This document shows positions 17,962 to 27,847 of a stretch of 64,000 nucleotides of DNA, piece after piece (within the stretch, counting starts at the first letter, position 1; the number at the start of each line of letters is the position of its first letter). The notes beneath the pieces are model-generated. The model saw only the letters and a program-made list of their open reading frames with translations, was not told the origin of the DNA and did no database searches. The stretch lies in assembly GCA_051892935.1 (NCBI GenBank), contig JBJFGS010000010.1, positions 4,820-68,819 on the forward strand, written 5' to 3'. This DNA is from Candidatus Coprovivens sp. Lineage in GTDB: Bacteria > Bacillota_I > Bacilli_A > RF39 > UBA660. A program made the translations under genes and the position numbers.

Positions 17962-19939
17962 ATATTCCTAGTTCTTGTATAGATTTTTTTAATTCATCTG
18001 TACTAACTGTTCCTCTATAAGCTTTTTGAACTTTTCCATCTTTTATTAAATAAATTGCTGGATAGTTTTCACATGCTGTATTAGCAGTAGTTGTATTACA
18101 AGTATATTGAACACCTTGTACTAATGTTTCAAAACCACTCATATCGGTTATAAAATATGTATCTAAGAAATAGGAATTAAAATTTAATTCACTTTGCACG
18201 GAAATAAGATTTGCTAGCATACTAGATGCATCTGCTTCGGTATAAGAATAATAATCTTCACCTACATATAATACTTTTGGAGTAGTACTAGTCAATATAC
18301 CGGCCATATCTTCCATTTCTTTTTCTACCATATTATTGTAGTTTAATTTTGCTTCTGTATTATTAACTATGTTTTCTTTTTCAGCTAAATCGTATATTCC
18401 TTGTAAAACAGAATCATTTTTAACTCTTTTTTCAAGCTCTTCTTCAACTTTAGTGAAGTCGTATTCTTCAGCATTTACGGCATTTTTAGTGTTTACTAAT
18501 TCTAGTTCTTTAGCAGTTGATATACCATAGTTACCTTTTATACCAACATATTTATCTTCTAATTCAACTTTTAATTCGTATTTACCAGAGATGTTTTTAT
18601 CTTTTTCAGTAGCGCTTAGATAGATATGAGCTTTTATTTTTTCACCATCAGCATCAACTTCTAAAGTCATATCAATTACTTCTTCAGTTAATTCTTTAAT
18701 TGTACCAGTAACAATTTTTTGATCATTATATTTTACTGTTAATGCTTGTTCTTTACCATCTTCTTCAATAGTAATTACTACTTTTGTTTTATCGTATCCA
18801 TCACTATGATTATCTAAAATAAATTTAGCATTTTTACCATCTACTACATATGTTAAATATTCTTTTCCATCATATTCAATACCGAATCCTACTGCACTAT
18901 TAAATAGTCCTTTAGTATATATATTGATTGATATTTCATCTTCGAAATCAATATCTTTTAACTCGTCTTTTGCATCTTTTAACTCATCTTTTATTTCGCT
19001 TTTTTCCATTCCTGTAATTTCTGCTACTTTTTTAACAAAGTCTTTGTCATCAAGTAGATAATCAATTACATTTTCAGCTAATTTTCTAGTGGCTTTTTTA
19101 TCTAAAACATAAGAGTACTTTGTTACTTTTATAGTCTTATCGCCAACAGAGAATTCATCTTTGTCTTTTTTCATGTCTTCACTAGATAGTGATTTATTTA
19201 ATGCATTTTTTAGTGTTTTTACTACATATTTATAGTCTTCTGGTTCAAATTGAAATTCTTCTTCAGCTTCTTCAATTTCTTCTTTAATTGATTCAAAGTC
19301 TATGTTTAAATCTTCATTTATATATAGAACTTTATCAAATAAAGATGATTCAACATATAATTTTTCTTTAATTATTTGTAATGTTGCATCAAGTTTTTCT
19401 TTTTCACCTTTTACTTCTGCATCAAGACTTAGTGCTTCGTTTTTTAAATCGAATCCTAATTTGGCTCCAAAACTTAAACCATTAGCATTAAATCCTATTT
19501 TATCTTCTAGTTCTTTTACATTTGTTTCCAATTCTGCATCAAAATTTACTAGAATGGCATTTTTTTGAATGTCATAAGCTTTTGAGTATTCGTCGTATAA
19601 GTCGATAGCATTTTCTGCCTCTTTAAATACTTTATTAATACTTCCTTTAAATACATTCTTTGGTGATGCAGATACACCAAGGAAAATAATAGCAGCTATT
19701 ATTAATACTAATACTATACTAACAGCAACTATTGGCCCAACATTTTTTGAAAATAATTTAGATGTTTTATTACCATTAGGAAGATTATTTTCAATTGTTG
19801 TAGCCCCTACCATTGGTTCTGGAGTCATTGGTTGTGGAGACTCTGGAACAATTGTAGGTTGAACATTTGATTCTGTGAATGTAGGTTCCATTGGATTAGG
19901 AACTTGATTTCCAAAATCGTTTCCAACTTCATTTTTCAT
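17960..19939 (-). CDS. membrane-anchored protein: P-rich N-terminus, TM, large extracytoplasmic domain, C-terminal thioredoxin-like module without CxxC
   Basis: TM VGPIVAVSIVLVLIIAAIIFLGV. C-terminus ...PAIYLIKDGKVQKAYRGTVSTDELKKSIQELG. Central domain paralogous to 21264..23462. Confidence 0.65.
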   Translation of the reverse strand: MKNEVGNDFGNQVPNPMEPTFTESNVQPTIVPESPQPMTPEPMVGATTIENNLPNGNKTSKLFSKNVGPIVAVSIVLVLIIAAIIFLGVSASPKNVFKGSINKVFKEAENAIDLYDEYSKAYDIQKNAILVNFDAELETNVKELEDKIGFNANGLSFGAKLGFDLKNEALSLDAEVKGEKEKLDATLQIIKEKLYVESSLFDKVLYINEDLNIDFESIKEEIEEAEEEFQFEPEDYKYVVKTLKNALNKSLSSEDMKKDKDEFSVGDKTIKVTKYSYVLDKKATRKLAENVIDYLLDDKDFVKKVAEITGMEKSEIKDELKDAKDELKDIDFEDEISINIYTKGLFNSAVGFGIEYDGKEYLTYVVDGKNAKFILDNHSDGYDKTKVVITIEEDGKEQALTVKYNDQKIVTGTIKELTEEVIDMTLEVDADGEKIKAHIYLSATEKDKNISGKYELKVELEDKYVGIKGNYGISTAKELELVNTKNAVNAEEYDFTKVEEELEKRVKNDSVLQGIYDLAEKENIVNNTEAKLNYNNMVEKEMEDMAGILTSTTPKVLYVGEDYYSYTEADASSMLANLISVQSELNFNSYFLDTYFITDMSGFETLVQGVQYTCNTTTANTACENYPAIYLIKDGKVQKAYRGTVSTDELKKSIQELGI

Positions 19940-20038
19940 ATAAACTTCTAACCTCTTTCTATTTTGTAATTTTATTATAACATATAAAATAATTTATGAT
20001 GTAATAAAATATATGTTTTTTTCATAATTTTTATTAAG

Positions 20039-21187
20039 GTGATTTATTTGAAAAAAATTATTATTATATTTATTTTATTTTTTATTGGAATAATTAAAAT
20101 TAATGCACTAGAACTAACTAATTATAGTAAATCAGCAATATTAGTTGAACCAACAACAAATACTATTATTTATGATTTAAATAAAGATGAGAGATTTGCA
20201 CCTGCTTCGATGACAAAACTAATGACTTTGTTATTAATAATGGAAGCGGTTGATTCTAATAAGATATCTTTAGAGGATGAAGTTTTAATAAGCAAAAATG
20301 CCGCTGATATGGGTGGTAGCCAAGTTTTTTTAGAAGCTAATTCTAAAATTGATGTTGAACAATTATTAAAAGGAATTGCTATTGCTAGTGGAAATGATGC
20401 GGCAGTTGCTATGGCCGAGTATATTGCAGGTACGACAGATGTGTTTGTAAAAATGATGAATAATAAAGTTAAGGAGTTGGGGCTTAAGAATACTCATTTT
20501 GTAAATGTTCATGGTTTAGATGAAAATGATCATTATTCATCCGCTTATGATATGTCTCAAATAGCTATAGAATTATTAAAGCATGAAGCTATTCTTAATT
20601 ATACTTCTTTGTATGAAGATTACTTAATTAAACCAGATGGTTCTAAAACTTGGTTAGTTAATACAAATAAATTAGTAAGATTTTATGAGGGAATTGATGG
20701 ACTTAAAACAGGTTATACTTCTAATGCTAAGTATTGTCTAACTGCTACTGGTAAAAAAAATAATATTAGATTTGTTTCGGTGGTTATGGGTGTTGATACA
20801 TCAGAACATCGTAGCTTAGATACATCTAATATGTTTAATTACGCTTTTGCAAATTACAAATTAAATAATATCATAAACAAAAACGATGAAATAGCAGAAG
20901 TATCTGTAAAAATAGGATTGAAAGAAAAGGTTGTCCTTTATGCTAAGGAAGATGTAAATGATTTAATTAAGCAAAATGAAGTTAAAGAATATTCATATAA
21001 GATAGATAAAAGAAATATTACTGCTCCTATTAATGAAGGTGATGTTGTAGGTCGCTTAGAAGTATATGATAATAATGGTAACAATATAGGTATAGTTGAT
21101 TTAATTGTTAAAGAAAATATAAAGAAACATAATTTTGCAACTTTGTTTTTAAGTAATTTAAAAAATATTATTAATGGATATTTATAA
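20039..21187 (+). CDS. D-alanyl-D-alanine carboxypeptidase (PBP5/S11 family, DacB/DacF-like)
   Basis: SxxK (ASMTKLMT), SGN (ASGNDAA) and KTG (LKTGYT) motifs plus signal peptide. The true start may be TTG 20048 behind AAGGTGA. Confidence 0.88.
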   Translation: MIYLKKIIIIFILFFIGIIKINALELTNYSKSAILVEPTTNTIIYDLNKDERFAPASMTKLMTLLLIMEAVDSNKISLEDEVLISKNAADMGGSQVFLEANSKIDVEQLLKGIAIASGNDAAVAMAEYIAGTTDVFVKMMNNKVKELGLKNTHFVNVHGLDENDHYSSAYDMSQIAIELLKHEAILNYTSLYEDYLIKPDGSKTWLVNTNKLVRFYEGIDGLKTGYTSNAKYCLTATGKKNNIRFVSVVMGVDTSEHRSLDTSNMFNYAFANYKLNNIINKNDEIAEVSVKIGLKEKVVLYAKEDVNDLIKQNEVKEYSYKIDKRNITAPINEGDVVGRLEVYDNNGNNIGIVDLIVKENIKKHNFATLFLSNLKNIINGYL

Positions 21188-21263
21188 TTTTAGTTATATC
21201 ATTATTCAATTCTTTATGTTATAATTTAATAGAATATGGGGATTATGATATATAAAGAAAGAA

Positions 21264-23462
21264 GTGATATCCGTGAATGAGCAAAATAGTTTAAATGGTA
21301 ATGTTGGTCAAGCACCACAACCTGCTCAAAATACTCAAATACCTCCAGCAACAAATCAAGTTCCTGCTTCTGTTGCAACAGAGCAGAATAATAATCAAGT
21401 AGTTAATGCTGAACAAAATGTAGCTCCAGTGCAAACAGTAGCTTCTGTTGAAACTCCTGTAGCACCTGTAGAACCTTCTGTTACTGAGCCAGTTACGCCA
21501 ACTGTTCAAGCTCCAGTGCAAAATTCTGTTGTTCCTGAAGCCACTGCAGTAGCTGCTCCTGTACAAGAAGCTGCTCCTGTACAAGTTGAAGCTGTTGCTA
21601 CTAATACTCAAGAAAGTGTTCCACAAGCTACACAACCGGCACCAACTCAAGTAGTTCAACAGCCAACAGCACCGCAACCAGTTGCTACTGTAGTAGAGCA
21701 ACCAGCTGCTCAAGTTACAAGCAATAGTGTTGAGCAACAATCTGTTCAAGTTAATCCTACAACGAGTCAACCCGCACAAACTGATATAGTTGCTCAAGCT
21801 CCTCTTAATCCTTTGGCAAACGAACCTACTGTAGTTACTCAAGCTGAAGTTAGTCCTGCTAATGTTGTAACACCACAAGGACAAAATGGTGTTATTACAC
21901 CAAGTGTTCCATTAACGGCTAATGGCGGAGCAATCGATTCGAGTAATGTTGGATTTGTTGCTGTTAGTGCTCCACCTAAAAAGAAAAAGAATAAACCTTT
22001 AATTATTACTATTGTTCTATTAGTGTTAGTTGGTTTAGCCTTATTAGGATATTTTGTTGTTTATCCTTTCGTTATTAATAAGTTCTTTAGTGATCCAAAA
22101 AAAGTATATGAAACTGTAATAAAGTCAGCATTTAACGAATTAAGTTCAAATGCAACAGAACTTATTCATGATAAAGTTAAATATGAATTAAATTTCTCTT
22201 TTGACTCAAATATACCTATTCTTAAGCCATATGGAGGATATACATATGGTTTAACTATTGGTGTTGATCCGAAAGAAGAAGCTGCTGAAACAAAATTTCT
22301 GGCAATTAATAAAAATAATCAAAGTGTAAGTTATGAGTCTTATCTAAAAGATGGTAAGAAATATTTAAAATATCATAATAAGAGTGATTATATATATGCT
22401 GGAGAAGCAAATTTAGAAGAGTTAGATAAACTTTTTAAAGTATTTAGTTTTAAAGATTTATTAGATGCTTCTGAAAATGTTAATAGTGAAGAAATTAGTT
22501 ATTTAGTAAATAAACTATCTGATTTATTAGTTACTAGTATAGATGATTCAAAATTAACTAAAGAAGAAGCAAGTATTAATGTAGATGGAAAAACATTAAA
22601 AGTAATTAATAACAAATATGTTATGGATGATGATACTGCTGAAGCAACTATTAAACATATATTAACTGGTATATCTGATGATGATAAAGCTGTGGATATC
22701 TTGGCTAAAATGGTTGAAATGGAATCTAGTACATTAAAAGAAAATCTAAAAAGTACTTTAGAGAATAATGATAATAAAGAAACTGATGAAAATGAAGATA
22801 ACATGGTATGTACATTTAGTATATATACAACAATGGGATTTACTCCTACTGTTATAGGTTATGGTTTAGTAGCTAATAATAATGAAGATACATATAATGT
22901 TCATTATTATTCTGCTGATAACTACTTTGAACTTAAAGCTGATTCTACATCAAAGGATACAGAAACTAATAAAGAAGTTACTAATAATTTTGATGTTATA
23001 GGAAGAACTTCTAATGGTAAAACTAAAGTATCTATATCTTTAGATGATAGTGAAATACTTACTTTAAATATTAAAGATTGGAATGAATCAACAAAAAACT
23101 TTGATTACACAATAAAGATAGATGATTTGTCTACTATAACAGGAAGTTTTAAATATACAAAAGATATTAATGATAAACGTTTGAAAAATTCATTAGAATT
23201 TTCATTAGAAATGGGTGATCAATTCGTAGCTTTAGTAATTGATTTTAATGAAGATTGGTCTTCAACTATTGCTAATATTGATACTACTAGTTCTGTTACA
23301 TTAAGTGATGATCAAATAAATGATTATCATAATGAGTTTTTAAATGATTTATACGAAACTCCTATTGGTGAATTGTTTAAGACTGTTTCTGGAGATGTTA
23401 CTCCTGCTATTGATGATTATTATAGTGATGATTATTCAGTGGATTTTGAATTTACTAATTAA
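21264..23462 (+). CDS. membrane-anchored protein: ~230-aa P/Q/A/V-rich N-terminus, TM, large extracytoplasmic domain
   Basis: TM PLIITIVLLVLVGLALLGYFVVYPFV. Domain collinear with 17960..19939. GTG start (21264 or 21273) uncertain. Confidence 0.65.
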   Translation: MISVNEQNSLNGNVGQAPQPAQNTQIPPATNQVPASVATEQNNNQVVNAEQNVAPVQTVASVETPVAPVEPSVTEPVTPTVQAPVQNSVVPEATAVAAPVQEAAPVQVEAVATNTQESVPQATQPAPTQVVQQPTAPQPVATVVEQPAAQVTSNSVEQQSVQVNPTTSQPAQTDIVAQAPLNPLANEPTVVTQAEVSPANVVTPQGQNGVITPSVPLTANGGAIDSSNVGFVAVSAPPKKKKNKPLIITIVLLVLVGLALLGYFVVYPFVINKFFSDPKKVYETVIKSAFNELSSNATELIHDKVKYELNFSFDSNIPILKPYGGYTYGLTIGVDPKEEAAETKFLAINKNNQSVSYESYLKDGKKYLKYHNKSDYIYAGEANLEELDKLFKVFSFKDLLDASENVNSEEISYLVNKLSDLLVTSIDDSKLTKEEASINVDGKTLKVINNKYVMDDDTAEATIKHILTGISDDDKAVDILAKMVEMESSTLKENLKSTLENNDNKETDENEDNMVCTFSIYTTMGFTPTVIGYGLVANNNEDTYNVHYYSADNYFELKADSTSKDTETNKEVTNNFDVIGRTSNGKTKVSISLDDSEILTLNIKDWNESTKNFDYTIKIDDLSTITGSFKYTKDINDKRLKNSLEFSLEMGDQFVALVIDFNEDWSSTIANIDTTSSVTLSDDQINDYHNEFLNDLYETPIGELFKTVSGDVTPAIDDYYSDDYSVDFEFTN

Positions 23463-23463
23463 T

Positions 23464-23497
23464 TAAAAAAATTCTCAAAAATGAGAATTTTTTTTTA
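23464..23497. terminator. bidirectional terminator between convergent genes
   Basis: A7-attctca-aaaa-tgagaat-T9. Confidence 0.8.
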
Positions 23498-25705
23498 TTG
23501 TTCAACTTTTTCTTTTTTCTTAGAAGATTTTTTTTCTTCTTTATCTTCTTTTATTTTTTCTTTCTTTTCTGGTTTTGGAAGAGCTGCTTTACGTGATAAA
23601 TTTAATCTATTACGATTATCATATCCTTCAGCTTTAACTATTATCTCATCTCCAACTTTAAACATATCTGATGGTTTTTCTACTCTTTCCCATGCTAATT
23701 GTGATACATGACATAATCCTTCACATCCAGGCCATAGTTCAATGAAACAACCAAAATCTTCAACTTTAACAATTTTTCCAGTATATACTTTTCCTTCTTC
23801 GACTTCACGTGCAACATTTTCTATCATTGATTTTGTTTTTTCAATAATATCTTTGTCTTGATGATAGATTAAGACTGTTCCATCGTCTTGAAGATCAACT
23901 TTAACAGCGTTGATGTCATTTACGCTTGTAACATTTGAGGCTTCTAAGATTATCTTAGTGATCATTTCGCCACCTTTGCCGATAACATCTTTAATCTTAT
24001 CTGGATTAATATGAAGTGTTTCAATTTTTGGCGCATATTTAGAAAGTTCTTTACGTGGTTCTGGAATGACTGATTCCATTAAATCTAGTATTTCCATACG
24101 AGCTTCTTTTGCTTGAGCTAACGCTTCTTTTAATATTTTTTCTGTTACACCTTTAATTTTAATATCCATTTGTAGAGCTGTTATACCTTTTCTTGTACCA
24201 GCTACTTTGAAGTCCATATCCCCCATATGATCTTCTAATCCTTGAATATCAGTTAAAATTGTATATTTTTTGCCGTCTTCGGAAGTTATAAGTCCCATTG
24301 CAATACCTGCTACTGGTGCTTTAATTGGAACGCCAGCTGCCATTAAACTTAGGCATCCAGCACATATTGTTGCCTGAGAAGATGAACCATTAGATTCTAG
24401 GATTTCTGATACTACGCGTACTGTGTATGGGAATTCTTTTTCATCTGGCATTACTTGAAGAAGTGCTCTTTCACCTAATGCACCATGACCGATTTCTCTT
24501 CTTCCAGGTGAACCATAACGTCCTACTTCACCTACTGAGAATTGTGGGAAGTTATAGTGTAACATGAATCTCTTTGTTGCTTCTAAAGTAAGTCCATCTA
24601 AGATTTGGTTTTCTTCTAAAGAGCCAAGAGTAGTTGTAGCTAATGCTTGAGTTTCTCCACGAGTGAATACCGCTGAACCATGTGTTCTTGGTAGTAAATC
24701 TATCATTGCTGATAGAGGACGAATTTCTTTCATTCCACGACCATCAGTTCTTTTTTTATCTTTAGTAACCATTCTTCTTAGAACGGTTCCTTCGATTTCA
24801 TTAACTACTTTCTTAACTTGATTTAATAATTCTTCACAATTTTCGTATTCACTATATATTTCAGCAAAATTTTCTAATGTCGCTTCTTTTACAGCATCGA
24901 TATCTGCATATTTTTCAAGTTTTTTCTTATCTGATGATAGTGCTTCATACATTTTTTCTGTTGCATATTCACGAACATCTTTTTCTAGTTGTTCATCAAT
25001 TTTAGCAAGTTCAACTTCTACTTTTTCTTTTCCTATTTCTTCACGAATCTTTTCTTGGAATTCACATAGCTTTTTGATGTGTTCATGACCAAACATTAAA
25101 GCTCCTAACATTTCTTTTTCTGAAACTTCTTTGGAACCTGCTTCTACCATACATATTGCATCTTTTGTACCTGCAACTGTTAAATGAATATCTGATTGTT
25201 CTTGTTCTTCTACTGTTGGATTTATTATATATTCTTTACCAATTTTACCTACGATTACACCAGCTACTGGTCCATCAAATGGAATATCACTGATTGTTAG
25301 TGCAAGTGATGATCCAAGTAAAGCTGCCATTTCTGGAGAGTTATCTTGGTCAACTGATAATACTGTATTGATTACTTGTACTTCGTTACGGAAGTTTTCG
25401 TCGAACATAGGACGTATTGGACGGTCGATTAATCTTGCTGTTAGTGTTGCTTGATCTGTTGGGCGCCCTTCTCTTTTAATAAATCCACCTGGTATTTTAC
25501 CTACTGAATATAATTTTTCTTGATATAGAACTGTTAATGGGAAGAAGTCTTGAGTAATTGGAGTATGTCCCATTACTGCTGCTGTTAAGATAACAGTGTC
25601 TCCATATCTTACTAAAACAGAACCATTAGCTTGTTTAGCTAGTTCTCCTGTTTCAACTGTAATTGTTTTTCCTAAAAAGTCTAATTCAAATACTTTTTTA
25701 GCCAT
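23495..25705 (-). CDS. pnp: polyribonucleotide nucleotidyltransferase (PNPase)
   Basis: Two RNase PH domains, KH domain and S1 domain ([18 protein letters not shown]). ATG 25705 ([10 protein letters not shown]) sits behind AAGAGG. The track's extension to 25735 runs into the rpsO terminator. Confidence 0.95.
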   Translation of the reverse strand: MAKKVFELDFLGKTITVETGELAKQANGSVLVRYGDTVILTAAVMGHTPITQDFFPLTVLYQEKLYSVGKIPGGFIKREGRPTDQATLTARLIDRPIRPMFDENFRNEVQVINTVLSVDQDNSPEMAALLGSSLALTISDIPFDGPVAGVIVGKIGKEYIINPTVEEQEQSDIHLTVAGTKDAICMVEAGSKEVSEKEMLGALMFGHEHIKKLCEFQEKIREEIGKEKVEVELAKIDEQLEKDVREYATEKMYEALSSDKKKLEKYADIDAVKEATLENFAEIYSEYENCEELLNQVKKVVNEIEGTVLRRMVTKDKKRTDGRGMKEIRPLSAMIDLLPRTHGSAVFTRGETQALATTTLGSLEENQILDGLTLEATKRFMLHYNFPQFSVGEVGRYGSPGRREIGHGALGERALLQVMPDEKEFPYTVRVVSEILESNGSSSQATICAGCLSLMAAGVPIKAPVAGIAMGLITSEDGKKYTILTDIQGLEDHMGDMDFKVAGTRKGITALQMDIKIKGVTEKILKEALAQAKEARMEILDLMESVIPEPRKELSKYAPKIETLHINPDKIKDVIGKGGEMITKIILEASNVTSVNDINAVKVDLQDDGTVLIYHQDKDIIEKTKSMIENVAREVEEGKVYTGKIVKVEDFGCFIELWPGCEGLCHVSQLAWERVEKPSDMFKVGDEIIVKAEGYDNRNRLNLSRKAALPKPEKKEKIKEDKEEKKSSKKKEKVEQ

Positions 25706-25723
25706 TTTTTTACCTCTTTTCCT

Positions 25724-25750
25724 AAAAAAAGACACTTAAAAATAAGTGCC
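25724..25750 (-). terminator. rpsO terminator / pnp leader hairpin
   Basis: ggcactta-tttt-taagtgtc followed by T7 on the minus strand, between rpsO and pnp. Confidence 0.7.
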
Positions 25751-25760
25751 TACTTTTCTA

Positions 25761-26030
25761 CTATTTTCTCAATCCTAGAGCTTCAATAGTATTTCTGTAA
25801 CTTACTACATCATTTTTCTTTAGATAATCTAGTAAACTACGTCTTTTACCAACCATCATTTGAAGTCCTCTCTTTGAGTGGAAATCATGAATGTGAGTTT
25901 TTAAATGTTCTGTTAAATTGTTGATTTCTTCTGTAAGAATAGCAATTTGAACTTCTGTAGCTCCAGTGTCTTTTTCATTTTTACCGAATTGTTTAACTAA
26001 TTCAGCTTTTCTTTCTTTTGAAATAGCCAT
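25761..26030 (-). CDS. rpsO: 30S ribosomal protein S15
   Basis: 89 aa. [48 protein letters not shown]. Confidence 0.96.
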   Translation of the reverse strand: MAISKERKAELVKQFGKNEKDTGATEVQIAILTEEINNLTEHLKTHIHDFHSKRGLQMMVGKRRSLLDYLKKNDVVSYRNTIEALGLRK

Positions 26031-26113
26031 GTGTAATTCCTCCTTTTTTATTTAACCGTTCAATCTTAGAATAGATTCGGAGAGTTCTAATCCAAGAATA
26101 AACTTTCTTGTTT

Positions 26114-26142
26114 AATATAACAGAAAATCCTTAATATATCAA
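26114..26142 (-). promoter_or_regulatory. sigmaA-type promoter of rpsO, followed by a ~75-nt leader
   Basis: TTGATA, 17 nt, TATATT. The leader could hold an S15 autoregulatory structure; this was not verified. Confidence 0.55.
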
Positions 26143-26151
26143 GTATTTTTA

Positions 26152-27006
26152 TTAATTTATAAACATTTTAAACGGTTTGGCTTTATTGGTATCACTATGA
26201 TATGTTTGATATATAGCAACTATTTTGTTTTTATATACTAAGCATGCTATATTATTTTTAAAGTTTTTATCAATAACCGAACCATTTTTTACTTTATTAT
26301 AAGTTTCTTCATTTATATTTATTGATTCTAGATTAGATAGTGTTTCCTCTATTGTTAGTAATTTATATTTATTGTTTTCTATATCTTCTATTGTATAAGA
26401 GTCTTCTATTTTAAAATTACCTTGTTTTGTTCTTATTAAGTCGGACATTGTTCCTACTGTATTTAATTTTTTACATATATCATCTACTAAGGCACGAATA
26501 TAAGTGCCTTTGGATACTGTTGTTTTAAATACTATTTCATCACTATTATAAGATATTAATTCTATATCTTTTATATGTATTTTTCTAGTTGGCAGTTCTA
26601 TTTTCTTTCCAGCTCTAGCATATTCATATAGTTTTTTACCATTAACTTTAACAGCTGAGTATATTGGTGTTTCTTGAATGGATTCTCCTAGGAAACTTGA
26701 TAGTACTTCCTTAATTTGAGCTTCTGTAATATCAAATGGTTTTGTTTCTATTATATTACCAGTTATATCTAAGGTATCTGTTTTTATTCCTAATTTTATT
26801 GTAGCAATATATTCTTTGTATTCGCTGGTTAGTATTTCACATAATTTTGTAGTATTTCCGATACATATTACAAGTACTCCTGTTGCTATAGGATCTAAAG
26901 TACCTGTATGTCCTATTTTTTTAATTTTAAATATGTGGCTTATTTTATTAACTACATCACGTGAAGTAAAGTCCTTTGGTTTGTTTACAATGAGAATTCC
27001 GTTCAT
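26152..27006 (-). CDS. truB: tRNA pseudouridine(55) synthase
   Basis: GILIVNKPKDFTSRDVVNKI...GHTGTLDPIATGVLVICIG (catalytic Asp motif). Confidence 0.93.
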   Translation of the reverse strand: MNGILIVNKPKDFTSRDVVNKISHIFKIKKIGHTGTLDPIATGVLVICIGNTTKLCEILTSEYKEYIATIKLGIKTDTLDITGNIIETKPFDITEAQIKEVLSSFLGESIQETPIYSAVKVNGKKLYEYARAGKKIELPTRKIHIKDIELISYNSDEIVFKTTVSKGTYIRALVDDICKKLNTVGTMSDLIRTKQGNFKIEDSYTIEDIENNKYKLLTIEETLSNLESININEETYNKVKNGSVIDKNFKNNIACLVYKNKIVAIYQTYHSDTNKAKPFKMFIN

Positions 27007-27010
27007 ATAA

Positions 27011-27724
27011 TCATTTCTTTCTAGTATAAAGGATTGGATAATCTAGTTCTTGTTCTCCTTCTAGTCTTTCTACTACTAGTGTACCATTATTATAATCTTC
27101 TAGTAAACGTTTTGTTTTGTTAATTACATAGTCTTGATACATTTCTGGAGTAACGTACATTCCCCAAGGTATATAATCAAAATGTGTACAGCCACACATT
27201 GCAATATAAAAGTCTTTTTGATTACGACATGCACTTTCGATGATTGTTTCAGTTGCACTACATGGTAAAATTGCTGTTACTAAATCAAATTCTTTGATAT
27301 GAGTTTTTGATGTAAAATCATCTTTATGAAGAGTCATGTTTTTATATTTTGGTTTAGTAATTCCTAGTAAAGGTTCATAAATTGTTACTGTTCCTTTTCC
27401 TATTTTTAATTGTTCATGAGCTAATAGATTAGCAAAAGATGGGATTATTCCTGATGCAACATCTAGGATGTTACATCTAATATCAAATTTTGTTTTTAAA
27501 TTATTAAGGTGTCTTTGATAAAAGTTTCCATTGATGCTTTCAATTCCTAGCTCAGTATATATTTGCATAAGTAAATCTGGAGCTCCTGGTGAGAAAATAT
27601 AAGTCCAAAAGTTTTCTTCGATATAATCCCATTCATCTTTTGTATATATTTTTTTGTATTTTTTACAAAATGATTCGTATAGTTTGGCAATTTGTTGTTC
27701 GTTTAAACCTTTTTTAGCTATCAT
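27011..27724 (-). CDS. hypothetical Rossmann/SAM-methyltransferase-like protein
   Basis: ATG 27724 behind AAAGGGGGA. NILDVASGIIPSF resembles methyltransferase motif I. 4-nt gap to truB. The track's extension to 27820 crosses a terminator. Confidence 0.55.
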   Translation of the reverse strand: MIAKKGLNEQQIAKLYESFCKKYKKIYTKDEWDYIEENFWTYIFSPGAPDLLMQIYTELGIESINGNFYQRHLNNLKTKFDIRCNILDVASGIIPSFANLLAHEQLKIGKGTVTIYEPLLGITKPKYKNMTLHKDDFTSKTHIKEFDLVTAILPCSATETIIESACRNQKDFYIAMCGCTHFDYIPWGMYVTPEMYQDYVINKTKRLLEDYNNGTLVVERLEGEQELDYPILYTRKK

Positions 27725-27749
27725 AATAATCCCCCTTTTATAATGGGGT

Positions 27750-27778
27750 ATTTTATCATTATATTTGTTTTTTGGCAA
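27750..27778 (-). promoter_or_regulatory. sigmaA-type promoter for 27724-truB
   Basis: TTGCCA, 17 nt, TAAAAT. Confidence 0.5.
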
Positions 27779-27803
27779 ATTAAAAGAAGGTTTACACCTT
27801 CTA
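27776..27803. repeat. 28-nt direct repeat, left copy (also a terminator hairpin on the minus strand)
   Basis: caaattaaaagaaggtttacaccttcta. 26/28 identical to 30498..30525. Stem agaaggt/accttct plus T-run on the minus strand. Confidence 0.8.
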
Positions 27804-27847
27804 ATTAATACATTGAACATTAATAAACTTGTATAAAAATGTTTTTT

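Noticed and set aside
21291-21884. 197-aa minus-strand ORF antisense to the N-terminus of the 732-aa protein
   Set aside because: It lies entirely within the GC-richer low-complexity P/Q/A-coding tract. It has Cys/Ser/Arg/Leu-rich nonsense composition, no RBS and no independent support. It is a shadow ORF.
25706-25735. N-terminal extension of pnp ([10 protein letters not shown]...)
   Set aside because: The extension overlaps the rpsO terminator T-tract and has no RBS. ATG 25705 ([10 protein letters not shown]) has AAGAGG upstream and matches the usual PNPase N-terminus.
27725-27820. N-terminal extension of ORF 27011..27820
   Set aside because: It crosses the 28-nt repeat/terminator and a predicted promoter. 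ATG 27724 has a strong RBS.
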